The notes under the pieces: generated by a model
What the model saw: only the letters and a program-made list of their open reading frames with translations
Databases searched by the model: none
Told to the model about the DNA's origin: nothing
Shown: positions 11,465-21,315 of the stretch, piece by piece
Layout: every line of letters begins with the position of its first letter
Numbering within the stretch: the first letter of the stretch is position 1
Made by a program: the position numbers and the translations under genes
From: Vezdaea acicularis
Taxonomy: Eukaryota
NCBI GenBank assembly: GCA_026025075.1
Contig: JAPEUI010000073.1
Span: forward strand, 62,001 to 89,505
DNA length: 27,505 nt
Reading direction: 5' to 3'

Positions 11465-13308
11465 ATGTGTGGTATTCTCGCCCTCACCCACAACGACACT
11501 TCGTCCACTTCCGCTGCGGTCGAACTTCACGAAGCATTGTATCTCTTACAGCATCGGGGTCAAGATGCTTGTGGCATTGCAGTCTGCGGTTCAGGCGGCC
11601 GGATCTATCAACGGAAAGGGAATGGCATGGCGGCAAGAGTGTTCCATGAAGGAGCCCATCTCGTAGATCTGCCGGGTTATATGGGACTTGGACATCTTCG
11701 ATACCCTACTGCTGGAAGTAGTGCCAACGCGGAAGCACAGCCCTTCTATGTGAACAGCCCATACGGGATAATTTTCGCACACAACGGCAACCTTATCAAC
11801 GCCGAGGACTTAAAACTCTTCTTGAAAGAAAAGGCACGTCGGCACATCAATACCGATAGCGATAGTGAGCTGATGCTCAACATTTTCGCGTATGAGCTGA
11901 ATAAAACTGGAAAGGCTCGTGTCAATGCAGAGGAGGTTTTTGCAAGCCTTGGTAGGATGTATGGTAGATGCGTTGGCGGATTTGCTTGTACCGCTATGAT
12001 TGCAGGTATGTCATCAAAAGACAAATAGTGGCTCGAATCGTCTAAGCCTCCCTTTAAGGTGCAAGCGTTATTGGTTTTCGTGACCCGTATGGAATCCGGC
12101 CTCTTATACTTGGCCAACGTCCCTCAAAGAGCGGTAATGGATTCGACTACATGATGGCTTCAGAGTCTGTAGCTTTAGATCAACTAGGATACAGTCAAGC
12201 AGTGGATATACTGCCCGGACAGGCCGTCATTATTCCAAAAGGCTCATCTCCAATTTATCGACAAGTTGCACCACAGCTAGGATACTCTCCAGATATTTTC
12301 GAGTTTGTTTACTTTGCACGGCCTGACACTGTCATAGACGGGATCAGTGTACATCGCAGCAGGCAGAACATGGGGTATAAACTAGCTGATATGATTCTGA
12401 ATGTCCTCGGGAAGGATGGAGTCAAGGACATTGATGTTGTCATTCCTATCCCAGAAACTTCGAATACCTCAGCTTTGAGTGTCTGTCACCGGCTAAAAAA
12501 GCCTTATTGTCAGGGCTTTGTCAAGAATAGATATGTCTTCAGAACTTTCATCATGCCTGGTCAGAAAGCTAGGCAGAAGAGCGTTAGAAGGAAGCTCAAT
12601 GCAATGAAATCGGAGTTCGAGGGCCGGAGTGTACTTTTGATTGATGACAGCATTGTCAGAGGGACAACAAGCCGCGAGATTGTACTCATGGCAAGAGAGG
12701 CAGGAGCACGAAAGGTGATATTCGCTAGTTGCGCACCGCCAATCACGTAAGTTCTCTACTTAAGTATTATTTATTAGCAGCTAACAGTGCGTGGACACGC
12801 ACACATCTACGGCATCGACCTCGCTTCACCCCAAGAGCTCGTTGCGCACAATCGTGACAGTCAGGAAGTTGCAGATCACATCGGTGCAGATGCTGTGATA
12901 TACCAGTCACTTTCCGATCTAAAGGAAGCCTGCGCAGAACTATCTCCTCGAGACCCTAGAACACAGTCCTTTGAAGTTGGCGTCTTCTGCGGCGAATATG
13001 TCACGCCTGTTGAAGAAAACTACTTCGAGCATATCGAGTACCTTAGGGGTGAGAACCAAAGACTGAAGGCGATGGAGAGTGCAAGGCAAGCGGTTGTACA
13101 CGGCACCGCTGGCGAGAAAGAGATGCGAATCGCGGCGAAAGGACTTGTAGTAGATGCACATGGTAATTTCCTAGAAGACGATGATGAGGTGAAAATGAAT
13201 GGATACAAAGTGAACGGGGCAAGGGAGCGCGATGAGGAGCCTACGCATGTCAAGTCTCAGACGGATATCAGTCTACATAATTTTGGAGATTATCCAGAAG
13301 GCGGATAG
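11465..13308 (+). CDS. ADE4: Amidophosphoribosyltransferase (PurF/Ade4), about 580 aa
   Basis: MCGI start with the catalytic Cys, [36 protein letters not shown] and the PRPP motif [13 protein letters not shown]. Exons 11465-12005, 12059-12746 and 12795-13308; the second intron needs a non-canonical acceptor (see findings). Confidence 0.96.
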
Positions 13309-13576
13309 GCTTGGGAAGCTTCTATAAACTTTTAGCCAGTATAGCCGGATGCCAGCTTCCCCTCTTACAAGTTTACTAGACGTTCAAAAAGCTTTCACAT
13401 CCGATAGCGATTCCAAGCATGTATTATCAAAGCTTGCTTTCATTCTTGTACAGGCTCAAACTCGTTTCGGCGTAAATTGGTGAGATTACTTAAGTTGCCA
13501 CAAAGCCTAAAGCAATAGTGTCCATTGGCCTTGCACGCGATCATACCATCTTAATACGGGATTATTATAAAACACA

Positions 13577-14240
13577 ATGGCTCCACAAATGCTACAGTCT
13601 ACCGTCCAAGCTGCAGTACTTAGTGCGATTGCCAATATTCTCGCGCAGATAATCACAAGCTACCGTAAAAACGTACTGTAACCTTCAAATCCCCAACGAT
13701 CCCATACCCTCCATGTCCCACTTTACTCCTACCCTTCTTGCAACAGTACTAAACGTAACTAACCCACATCAGATACCCATCACCCTCTCTCTCTCCACAA
13801 TTCTCACGTTCGTAATCTGGACCATCCTCGTCACGCCACTAAACCTACTATGGCAACAATTCCTCGAACGCACCTTCCCTGGCACCGTCCCCGCCTCCAC
13901 ACCCAAAACTTTGCCCAATTCCCCCGCAAAAGAGCACGTGGTGGTTCCCGGGTCACGCCTTCATAAGGGCAATTTGCTCAAGAAGTTTGTTATCGATCAG
14001 ACGGTCGGTGCTGGGCTAAATACAGTGGGATTTATCGCATTTCTTGCGGGCGTTAGGGGCGGGAGCATGCGGGAGAGGATCATCCAGGATTTCTGGCCAT
14101 ATACGTCTGCGGGCTTGAGATTTTGGCCCTTCGTTAGTCTGTTGTGCTTTGCGGTAGTGCCGGTCAACCATAGGGTGGTAGTAGGGAGTGCGTTTGGTGT
14201 CGTGTGGGGCGTTTATATGAGCTTGGTGGTAGGGGTTTGA
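13577..14240 (+). CDS. Mpv17/PMP22-family membrane protein, about 187 aa
   Basis: Exons 13577-13672 and 13773-14240 (intron GTACTG..CTAAC..CAG). Motifs ANILAQII, PLNLLWQQFLERTFPG, KFVIDQTVGA and FWPFVSLLCFAVVP..WGVYMSL. Confidence 0.85.
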
Positions 14241-14625
14241 AGGGGAGACGGCAGATATTTTTAAGCCATCTAGTCAGGCGCATAGGAGGTATTCGAGGGC
14301 GTTTGATACTACATAACTTGATGGCATAGTATAAGTTTACATTATGTTGGTCTGATAAAAAGCAAGTCATATTCCACTGATGCTAAAGGTATGAATGAGA
14401 TGTAGTATAAATGCCGGCCAGTCAAAGTTATGCCCTTAATGATATCCGCCATGATTGCAAAGCCATATATGAACAGACAGTCAAAAGTCCATGCCGATAT
14501 GCCACAGAACTGAAGCAAGAGACCAAATAACACTAAGCTATATATTCGAGATACCATAGGACCTACTTCCGCCGTACGGTAATTGTGATTATATGGTCGA
14601 TGAAGATATAATGCTGATTTGACTT

Positions 14626-16380
14626 TCATTCGTTGGCGTCCTCTTCCTCATCTTCATCCTCAGTTGGCAGCTCGTCATCTTCCTCAATATCACTTTCATC
14701 GCTATCAGGTGCTTTCTTCTGACCCTTCTTTCCTTTCGGCTTCTTGGTAGGACTACTTCCAATCTTTCTTTTTCCCGTCCGCTCGACTAGATGGTCGATA
14801 ATGCATCCCTTCTCCCAACCCTCCGCACTTTCAGATGTTGCCGCTCTGCACCTTGGACAAGTCTTGCCGTGCCTTATGAGCAATTGGTGTAGAGGATATT
14901 TGAGGTTGTCTGGGATGCGGACCTCAAGATGGCTATAAGCAGAATTTCGGGTAGCTTTCTCGCGAGGAATCCAGTTGAGCCATTTGCAAAGGCGGAAAAC
15001 ATGAGTGTCCACTGCGAAAGACGGTCGTTGCATGCAGAAGAGAAGGACACATGATGCGGTCTTCGGGCCAATACCAGGATATTTTATTAGCGTGTTCAAC
15101 GCCTCGTCTGACCCAAGGGCGTGCAGATGGTCGAGTGAAAGAACACTCTGTTCTGCTCGAGCAATTTCAATTTCTCGATCAGCCTTTGTCTCATTCATGA
15201 TTCCAGGGGGTCCCGCAGCATCTCCTTCCTTCTTTGCTTTCAATAGACCTTCTCGACGTTCCATATTCTCAACATAGACAAGATCCAAAATAGCCTTGAT
15301 GTTCTTGCTCTTAGCATTAGCAAGCCCACCACTTTTGATAGCTTCGAAAACTTCCTTTTGATCTGCACGACGGACCTTATCCCAGTCGACACTTCCTTTA
15401 CCGATGCCGTCATCCAGCAGACCGAAGGTATTGACAAGACCTTGGAAGGCTCGACTAGAATTTGCGCCAGTAGTAGCTGCGCTGAGCAAGGTCCGAATGA
15501 GAGCATCAAGAATCGAAGGAACTTCGCCGCACCCTGAGACGGTTGTTGAAGGAGCAGGAATTGTTACTGGCGCTTTCACCTCTCCATGAACAGAAGAAAG
15601 GAGGTCATTGACAATTTGACACTCCTCTGGCGTCGGATGTTCAAAATCCGGATAAGGAGTCTCGCCAGGCGTCAAGCCGTACGCATTCGTTCTGGCCTTT
15701 CGACCTTTTCTTGGAGATTCTTCGGTTTTAACAAGGCCATTCGCTATTTTTTGGGCAGCCTGGATGTTTTCGGGGTCATTCAGCTGGTCAGCAGCGCTGA
15801 CTTGGGAAGGTTTGGTGTTCTCCCGGGGTCTGTTCATACGCGTTTGTTTCCGCTCATTCTGGCTCTCTTCAATCACCTCTTCTTTGATATTCCTCTTAGG
15901 AGAATCTGTTTGAGCCCCAAGCTTTTCCTCTGCTGTCACTTTCTTGGCTTTGCTCGCTTTCTTAAGAGGTAGCGGTTTGCGTTCCAGTTCCCCAACGACA
16001 TTGCCGTTGACATTTTGAGGTATCTTCCGAGCTCGGGACCGCTTTACAGACGGGCCTTTGGCTGCAATGCTATCTTTAACTTGATGCGCTACAACTTTTG
16101 TCCCCAAATTGTGGGGAAGTTCGTTGATATCTCCAAGCTCTATAGGGGCTCGTTTACGCTTACGAAGGACGGGGCTCAGAGGTGTGAGTAATGATCCATT
16201 ACCACTGCTCTTCGGCTCTGGTGTCTGGGCGAAGGCAGCCTTCTTGGTCTGTCTTGTAGCTCTTCTTGGCTTTGGTGTGACTGGAGGACTTGATAATACC
16301 GCATGTTCGGCTTCCCCATCTGGTGAGTTCTCGATTGTAACCCCTTTTGCAGCGGCAGAACGGGTCCCACGTGCACCCAT
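14626..16380 (-). CDS. HhH-GPD base-excision DNA glycosylase (endonuclease III/DEMETER-like), about 584 aa
   Basis: Single exon from ATG 16380; the TTG-started upstream extension in the ORF track is probably not real. HhH motif LIKYPGIGPKTASCVLL, catalytic Asp in FAVDTHVFRL, LIRTLLSAATT, HGKTCPRC. Long basic N-terminus and acidic tail. Confidence 0.88.
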   Translation of the reverse strand: MGARGTRSAAAKGVTIENSPDGEAEHAVLSSPPVTPKPRRATRQTKKAAFAQTPEPKSSGNGSLLTPLSPVLRKRKRAPIELGDINELPHNLGTKVVAHQVKDSIAAKGPSVKRSRARKIPQNVNGNVVGELERKPLPLKKASKAKKVTAEEKLGAQTDSPKRNIKEEVIEESQNERKQTRMNRPRENTKPSQVSAADQLNDPENIQAAQKIANGLVKTEESPRKGRKARTNAYGLTPGETPYPDFEHPTPEECQIVNDLLSSVHGEVKAPVTIPAPSTTVSGCGEVPSILDALIRTLLSAATTGANSSRAFQGLVNTFGLLDDGIGKGSVDWDKVRRADQKEVFEAIKSGGLANAKSKNIKAILDLVYVENMERREGLLKAKKEGDAAGPPGIMNETKADREIEIARAEQSVLSLDHLHALGSDEALNTLIKYPGIGPKTASCVLLFCMQRPSFAVDTHVFRLCKWLNWIPREKATRNSAYSHLEVRIPDNLKYPLHQLLIRHGKTCPRCRAATSESAEGWEKGCIIDHLVERTGKRKIGSSPTKKPKGKKGQKKAPDSDESDIEEDDELPTEDEDEEEDANE

Positions 16381-17446
16381 GAAGCTGAGAAGGCAGACTT
16401 CAAGTTTTCTTTGAGATAAATTTGTAATTAAAGTCTGTCTCTTCAACTCCGCAGTCAATGCAGGGGTCTGAAGGCTTCGAGTTATTTGGCGGTCGGTCCG
16501 GGTCTTGACTTTAGAGTAACCTCGGCGACAAAGCACAGTAACGCTCAATTTGCATTCTAAACCTAGGAAAAATATGGCTGCAACGGTAATATCGATAAAC
16601 AAATGATGCTAGGTGGTATTTGATAAGTTATAGAAATCTGCGGTTACTGATGCATATGCTATCGAGTAAGTACGCTGTGCTGGGCTGAGATGATGAGGTC
16701 ACTGAAAAGTTCCGTGGCAGCCCAAGGGCGTTAGCGGCCAGCTGATCACCAACCAAAATATGATGTACGAGGGTACACTTCAATAAATTCAAAATTGGAG
16801 TTTTGAAAGATTGGAAAAGATCTGCATTACGACCTACTTCGATTCACTGGAACCTAGGGCGATGATAAGAGGAGAGCTCTAGCCTTGAGACCTTGCAACG
16901 GGTATCGTGACCAGCGCAATTGCATTAAGGGGTGGACGCCTAGACTCAGAAAGCCTGCGTACCTTTTGTTATTTGGCCGTCAAAATTACTTTGAACTAGC
17001 AACTTCATGACACTAATCAAAGTATATCTCATGTTCTACTCTTCTATGTCTGATTGATCCAATGATGCCTGAAATAGGGGCTTGGCAGGCTAGTCTTCTT
17101 CCTGTCAAGTGTGAAAGTCAAAGTGTGTTGGACCACCACCCCCACATCCTGTATTCTGACTCCAACTCCTCTCACTCAACTTCCTTATTCATCCAACACT
17201 TTACTTCACCTAAGTTCCTTCTTCGACCAACTTCCTTCTTCACTCAACTTGCTCCTTCCCCTAATCTGTCCATACTTAAGATCCATGTAGATTCACTAAA
17301 GGTTCTAAACCTTAGTGGTCAGGCACATCGCGTTTCGCTCGTCAATGCACTTCTCATGATTTCCGCCACACATTTGACGCGCCTATACTTTTCGAAAAGC
17401 TTCGCGTCAATCTCCTAGGATTTCACGCGGGTTGTCCCCCATCACG

Positions 17447-19526
17447 ATGCCTGGTGGTCTATTCGTGTCCCAAAGCTCGGCCGGCACGCCGAGCCCGCGT
17501 AATTTTCCGGTCAAAAGCGAGCCTACAGACGAGCGGGATGACCTCTACGACGAGGACAGCGAAGCAGATGGGGAGGCTGGATTCCAGGCTGATGAGAATG
17601 GGTACACACCTGTAGAAAAGCTGCCATACTCAGTGCATAAGGAATTTTCAATTTGGAATATATATAGTGGGTTATACCAACAAACAGGTGTGGGCAGAGT
17701 GGGTCTTGGAATCTGTTGACCCAGCATCAACAAATCCACCTACCCCTTCAAATGAAAACTTGCCTGACTTAAGCAGCATATGCCAACACTGAGTTACTGG
17801 ATTTGGATGCAGAATACCAAAGGGATGTGGTATGGACAGGTTTGTTGTATCACACAGATTCTTTGTAAATGTTTCTCATTGTGTGATAGAACCAAAGGTC
17901 GTGGGCCTGATAGACTCGATCGAGAGTAAATCTACCCTAGAATGAGCAGTAAGGAGGTAATATTAATGGCGCAGAGGGACACTATGTGCCGCCACTCTTA
18001 TTCAACGTCGAATATATCGATCACCCACAAGGCGAGCGGCGTGCGGATGGTTCGATCAAGAAAGTAGTCAAGCGCACCGTTGTGGACGGGAAGCAGCGCA
18101 TCACTGCGATTACGAAATTCATGAATGGCGAGGTGCACTTCAAAGATGGCGCTGGAGTCAGATGGTGAGAAATCACCGTTCAGTTCCTCTATACTCAGGG
18201 TCGGTATCATTAAGTACTAGCCTAGGTACTACCAGAATCGGATCGGGCCTGATGGATTAGAGGTCCATTCGAACCGGCGAATTTTGAGTGATGAATGGAA
18301 ACAGCGATTCCGTAATAAGAAATTGATGGTCCATGAGTTCACTCAACTAACTCTCGAGCAACAACGGGATGTTTTTGCGCGAGTTCAAGAAGGCACTCCT
18401 CTTCTAATCGCCGAGAAGATCTTTGCAACAGACGGGCCCTGGCAGCGGTATGCGAAAAAGATCCTCCAGGACTTCCCTGAGACAACTAAGTGTGAGTTCG
18501 GGTATTCCCCCAAGCAAAACAAAGAATAGCCACTGAAATTCATATCAAGTGGCGAAGAGTGCGCGTGCAATAGACTTTCGTAACGTTCTAGCTGCGATGA
18601 TGCAGGTCCACGAGGTAGACAAGCCGACTAGCAGCCGTGGCGTACCCACTTTCGTCGGGGTCTCTAAGAGACTCCAACTTTTCTGTAAGGAGAACCATGA
18701 ATATGGTCCGGACTTGTCCATTCGTATGACGAGAGTCTTCCAGGCCATGGATAAGTTGCGCCTACAATACCCGGAGACGTTCCAGAATAACGCGTACAAA
18801 GCGGTCAGGACGTTTTCCCCGATCGAATTTATTGGGATAGCTGTCATTCTCTGGTTATATCTTGACAGCCGTTCTCTCAAGTTGCTTTCCAAAGACATCT
18901 TGTACGTACGAAGGGAGCTAAGAAACGTATACAAGGATTTAAAGAACAACAACAATACATGGAAAGACGTATGGTCGCTGATACAGGGCATCGAGTCGCA
19001 ACGTGGTGCCGTGCCATATGTGCGTGAGGAACAACCAAGAAGCCCCTTTCGAAACGACGACGCTATCGAGGATCGCATGACAGATAACAACGTTCACGGC
19101 ATGGAGATTGACCCTCCACAGAGGGCTCATCCGTCCCGGGCTCCTCTACCTAAGTCGACACCCAGCAAGGTTACGAAAAGCAATCCTACATCGAAATCCA
19201 GAATGGGCCCTCCAAGCGCTCCTCGTTCTAATGGAGCTACCCATAGCGCGAATCCATTGAAACATGAGCCGTCACATCCTCCATCTACTCCTATTCCTCT
19301 AAGGGGACAATTCACCACTGGAGCCAACGCAAGCAGTCCTATTCTCGCAAATACAACAAGTTCGAGACCAGAGAGTACTCCTACAACCACGCCGGGTGGG
19401 AATATGCGTTCCTCACTACGTCAGCAAAGTGTTGATCTTGATGCTCCACTACGAGGCGCTAGAGCTTTGCAGCAAAAACGGAAAAGAGGGTACTCTGCTG
19501 TCTCTACAGAGGATGGTGGTGACTAA
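17447..19526 (+). CDS. DUF262 (ParB/Srx-like, GmrSD/SspE N-terminal type) domain protein, about 583 aa
   Basis: Exons 17447-17666, 17777-17839, 17890-17925, 17975-18164, 18226-18491 and 18550-19526 total 1752 nt, in frame, with all introns GT..AG. The spliced product reads LDLDAEYQRDVVWTEPKVVGLIDSIEKGHYVPPLLFNV..VVDGKQRITAITKF..QRDVFARVQEGTPL, matching the DUF262 QR, DGQQR-like and FxxxN-like motifs. Confidence 0.85.
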
Positions 19527-20072
19527 CAATGCTGGGGGGGCATGCAAACATGACCGCAGATTATCTCAAAGGAAGTAAGAATAAGATTTGATAGAGGATC
19601 ATTGCAGCATTTTAGCTGTGCTGCCAGATTATTTGAGTGCTTGACGCTATGCTTCTCGGAGGAAATCTTTTGGGGCTAGCTGCCTTTTACAAGCATTGTT
19701 TTCAGAAGCTTTGGTGTCAGGGGTGCACTTCTTGGCAATTGGGACTCAAGGTTCATACTTGGTATCTATATCAATCTCGGAATTATTTGGCAAATACTTG
19801 TGAAAATTAGACTCGTGAGACGTAAAGAAGTGGACGCCATGGATAATTCCAGGAGTAGTAAAGCCCCGCCTGTTCTTCCCCAATAGTTCTTCCACTATAG
19901 CTCGTCACTACAGTTCTTCCATCCAATACACCCACTAATCTCTCCCTGCCGCGTCTGCAAGACTTGCTGAAATAAGTCTCTCTCTTTCTCTCCACAGACC
20001 TGATCTACTTGATACTTTGATCTTATCTCACCAAATCTGCCACTCAAGATATTGGGCTGCCTCTCCTCAGCC

Positions 20073-21068
20073 ATGGCACCTAACGCGCGCATTACTGCCC
20101 TCTCCCTCCTCCAGCCTACGTCTAACCGCGCACTTCCATCCGAGCCCTCCATACACCCCTGTGCATGCGCCGCCACAATCCACTCTCTCCAAACCGCCGC
20201 TCCGAATTGCCTCTCCTGTGGCAAGATCATATGCGTCCGCGAGGGCCTCGGTCCCTGCAGCTTCTGTCACACGCCACTTCTAAGTCCGGCGGAGGTCCAA
20301 GCTATCATACAGGAGCTACGTGGAGAGAAGCCACTTCCAGAGGGAAATCATGCGGGGAAAGCTTCAATCTCGGCACAGCAATCCGGCAGCAGAAGCGGAG
20401 CTACTAGTGGAGGTAAACATGGCAAACATGGCAAGGGAGAAGTTTTCAAAACGCTTGCAGGAGGAGGTGCCGGGGGTCTCACAGCGGCTCTCGAGCAGAG
20501 AGATAAACTCCTTGACTTTCAGACGCAGAATGCACAGCGGACTCGAGTGTTGGATGAGGCGGCGGACTTTGAGCTGCCGGGTGAGGGGAAGTCACATGTT
20601 TGGGCGACGCCAGCAGAGAGAGCAGAAAGATTGAAGGCGCAGGCAAGAGAGTTAGAGAGAGTGGAAGAGGCGGGAAAGGATGAGTGGGAGCGGAGAGGGG
20701 TCGTGCTCGAGATTGATGCTAGTAAGGGGAAGGTAGTGAGAAGGATGGGGAAGGTGGGGGAGCTGGAGAGGACAAAACAAGCGCAGATTCCGTCAAAAGA
20801 GGAGCAAAGCGCCGAAGGAAAGGAGAGGCAGGATGAGTCCGAGAGGAGAGGGGGCGCATTTTCTCATAATCCACTCCTCGGCAATACTCTAGTTCGTCCC
20901 ATATACAAACCATCAAAAGGGGCAAAGGGAGAACCAGAACGGGATGGGACGGAGTCAAGACAAGAAAGGGGTAAGCTTTGGCGCAAAGTCCAGGACGATT
21001 ATGACGACAACGAGGCTATAATTCTCGACGGAGGTGTATACGGGACAAGCCAGCAAGAGCAGCGATAG
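20073..21068 (+). CDS. C2HC5 zinc-finger protein, ASC-1/TRIP4/Rqt4-like, about 331 aa
   Basis: CACAATIH..PNCLSCGKIICVREGLGPCSFC zinc finger, plus ALEQRDKLLDFQTQNAQRTRVLDEAADF and WATPAERA, typical of fungal Rqt4-like proteins. The start ATG at 20073 is inferred. Confidence 0.82.
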   Translation: MAPNARITALSLLQPTSNRALPSEPSIHPCACAATIHSLQTAAPNCLSCGKIICVREGLGPCSFCHTPLLSPAEVQAIIQELRGEKPLPEGNHAGKASISAQQSGSRSGATSGGKHGKHGKGEVFKTLAGGGAGGLTAALEQRDKLLDFQTQNAQRTRVLDEAADFELPGEGKSHVWATPAERAERLKAQARELERVEEAGKDEWERRGVVLEIDASKGKVVRRMGKVGELERTKQAQIPSKEEQSAEGKERQDESERRGGAFSHNPLLGNTLVRPIYKPSKGAKGEPERDGTESRQERGKLWRKVQDDYDDNEAIILDGGVYGTSQQEQR

Positions 21069-21315
21069 GAATGTAGAATACCCCCACAAACATCAGAATT
21101 CCAAATAACCATTATCCCTATGCTCCGATAGACGGGTCGCTATGTGTACTCATAAGTGAGATAATACCGCTGATTCTCGTCTTTCCAGAGTATCCTCTCG
21201 CCTTTTTTTGCTTGCTAGCTCCAGCTCAGGACGCCCAAATTGCAAGACCCCATCTTGACTTATCATGATCGCAGTTTCTTATGTACACGACGTGTATAGA
21301 AACCAAGGCCGTAAT

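Noticed and set aside
16381..16602. 74-aa TTG-initiated N-terminal extension of the glycosylase ORF
   Set aside because: Non-ATG start in a eukaryote and UTR-like composition; ATG 16380 is more plausible.
17062..17418. 118-aa ORF upstream of the DUF262 gene
   Set aside because: It translates a CT-rich promoter/5'UTR tract and shows no protein features.
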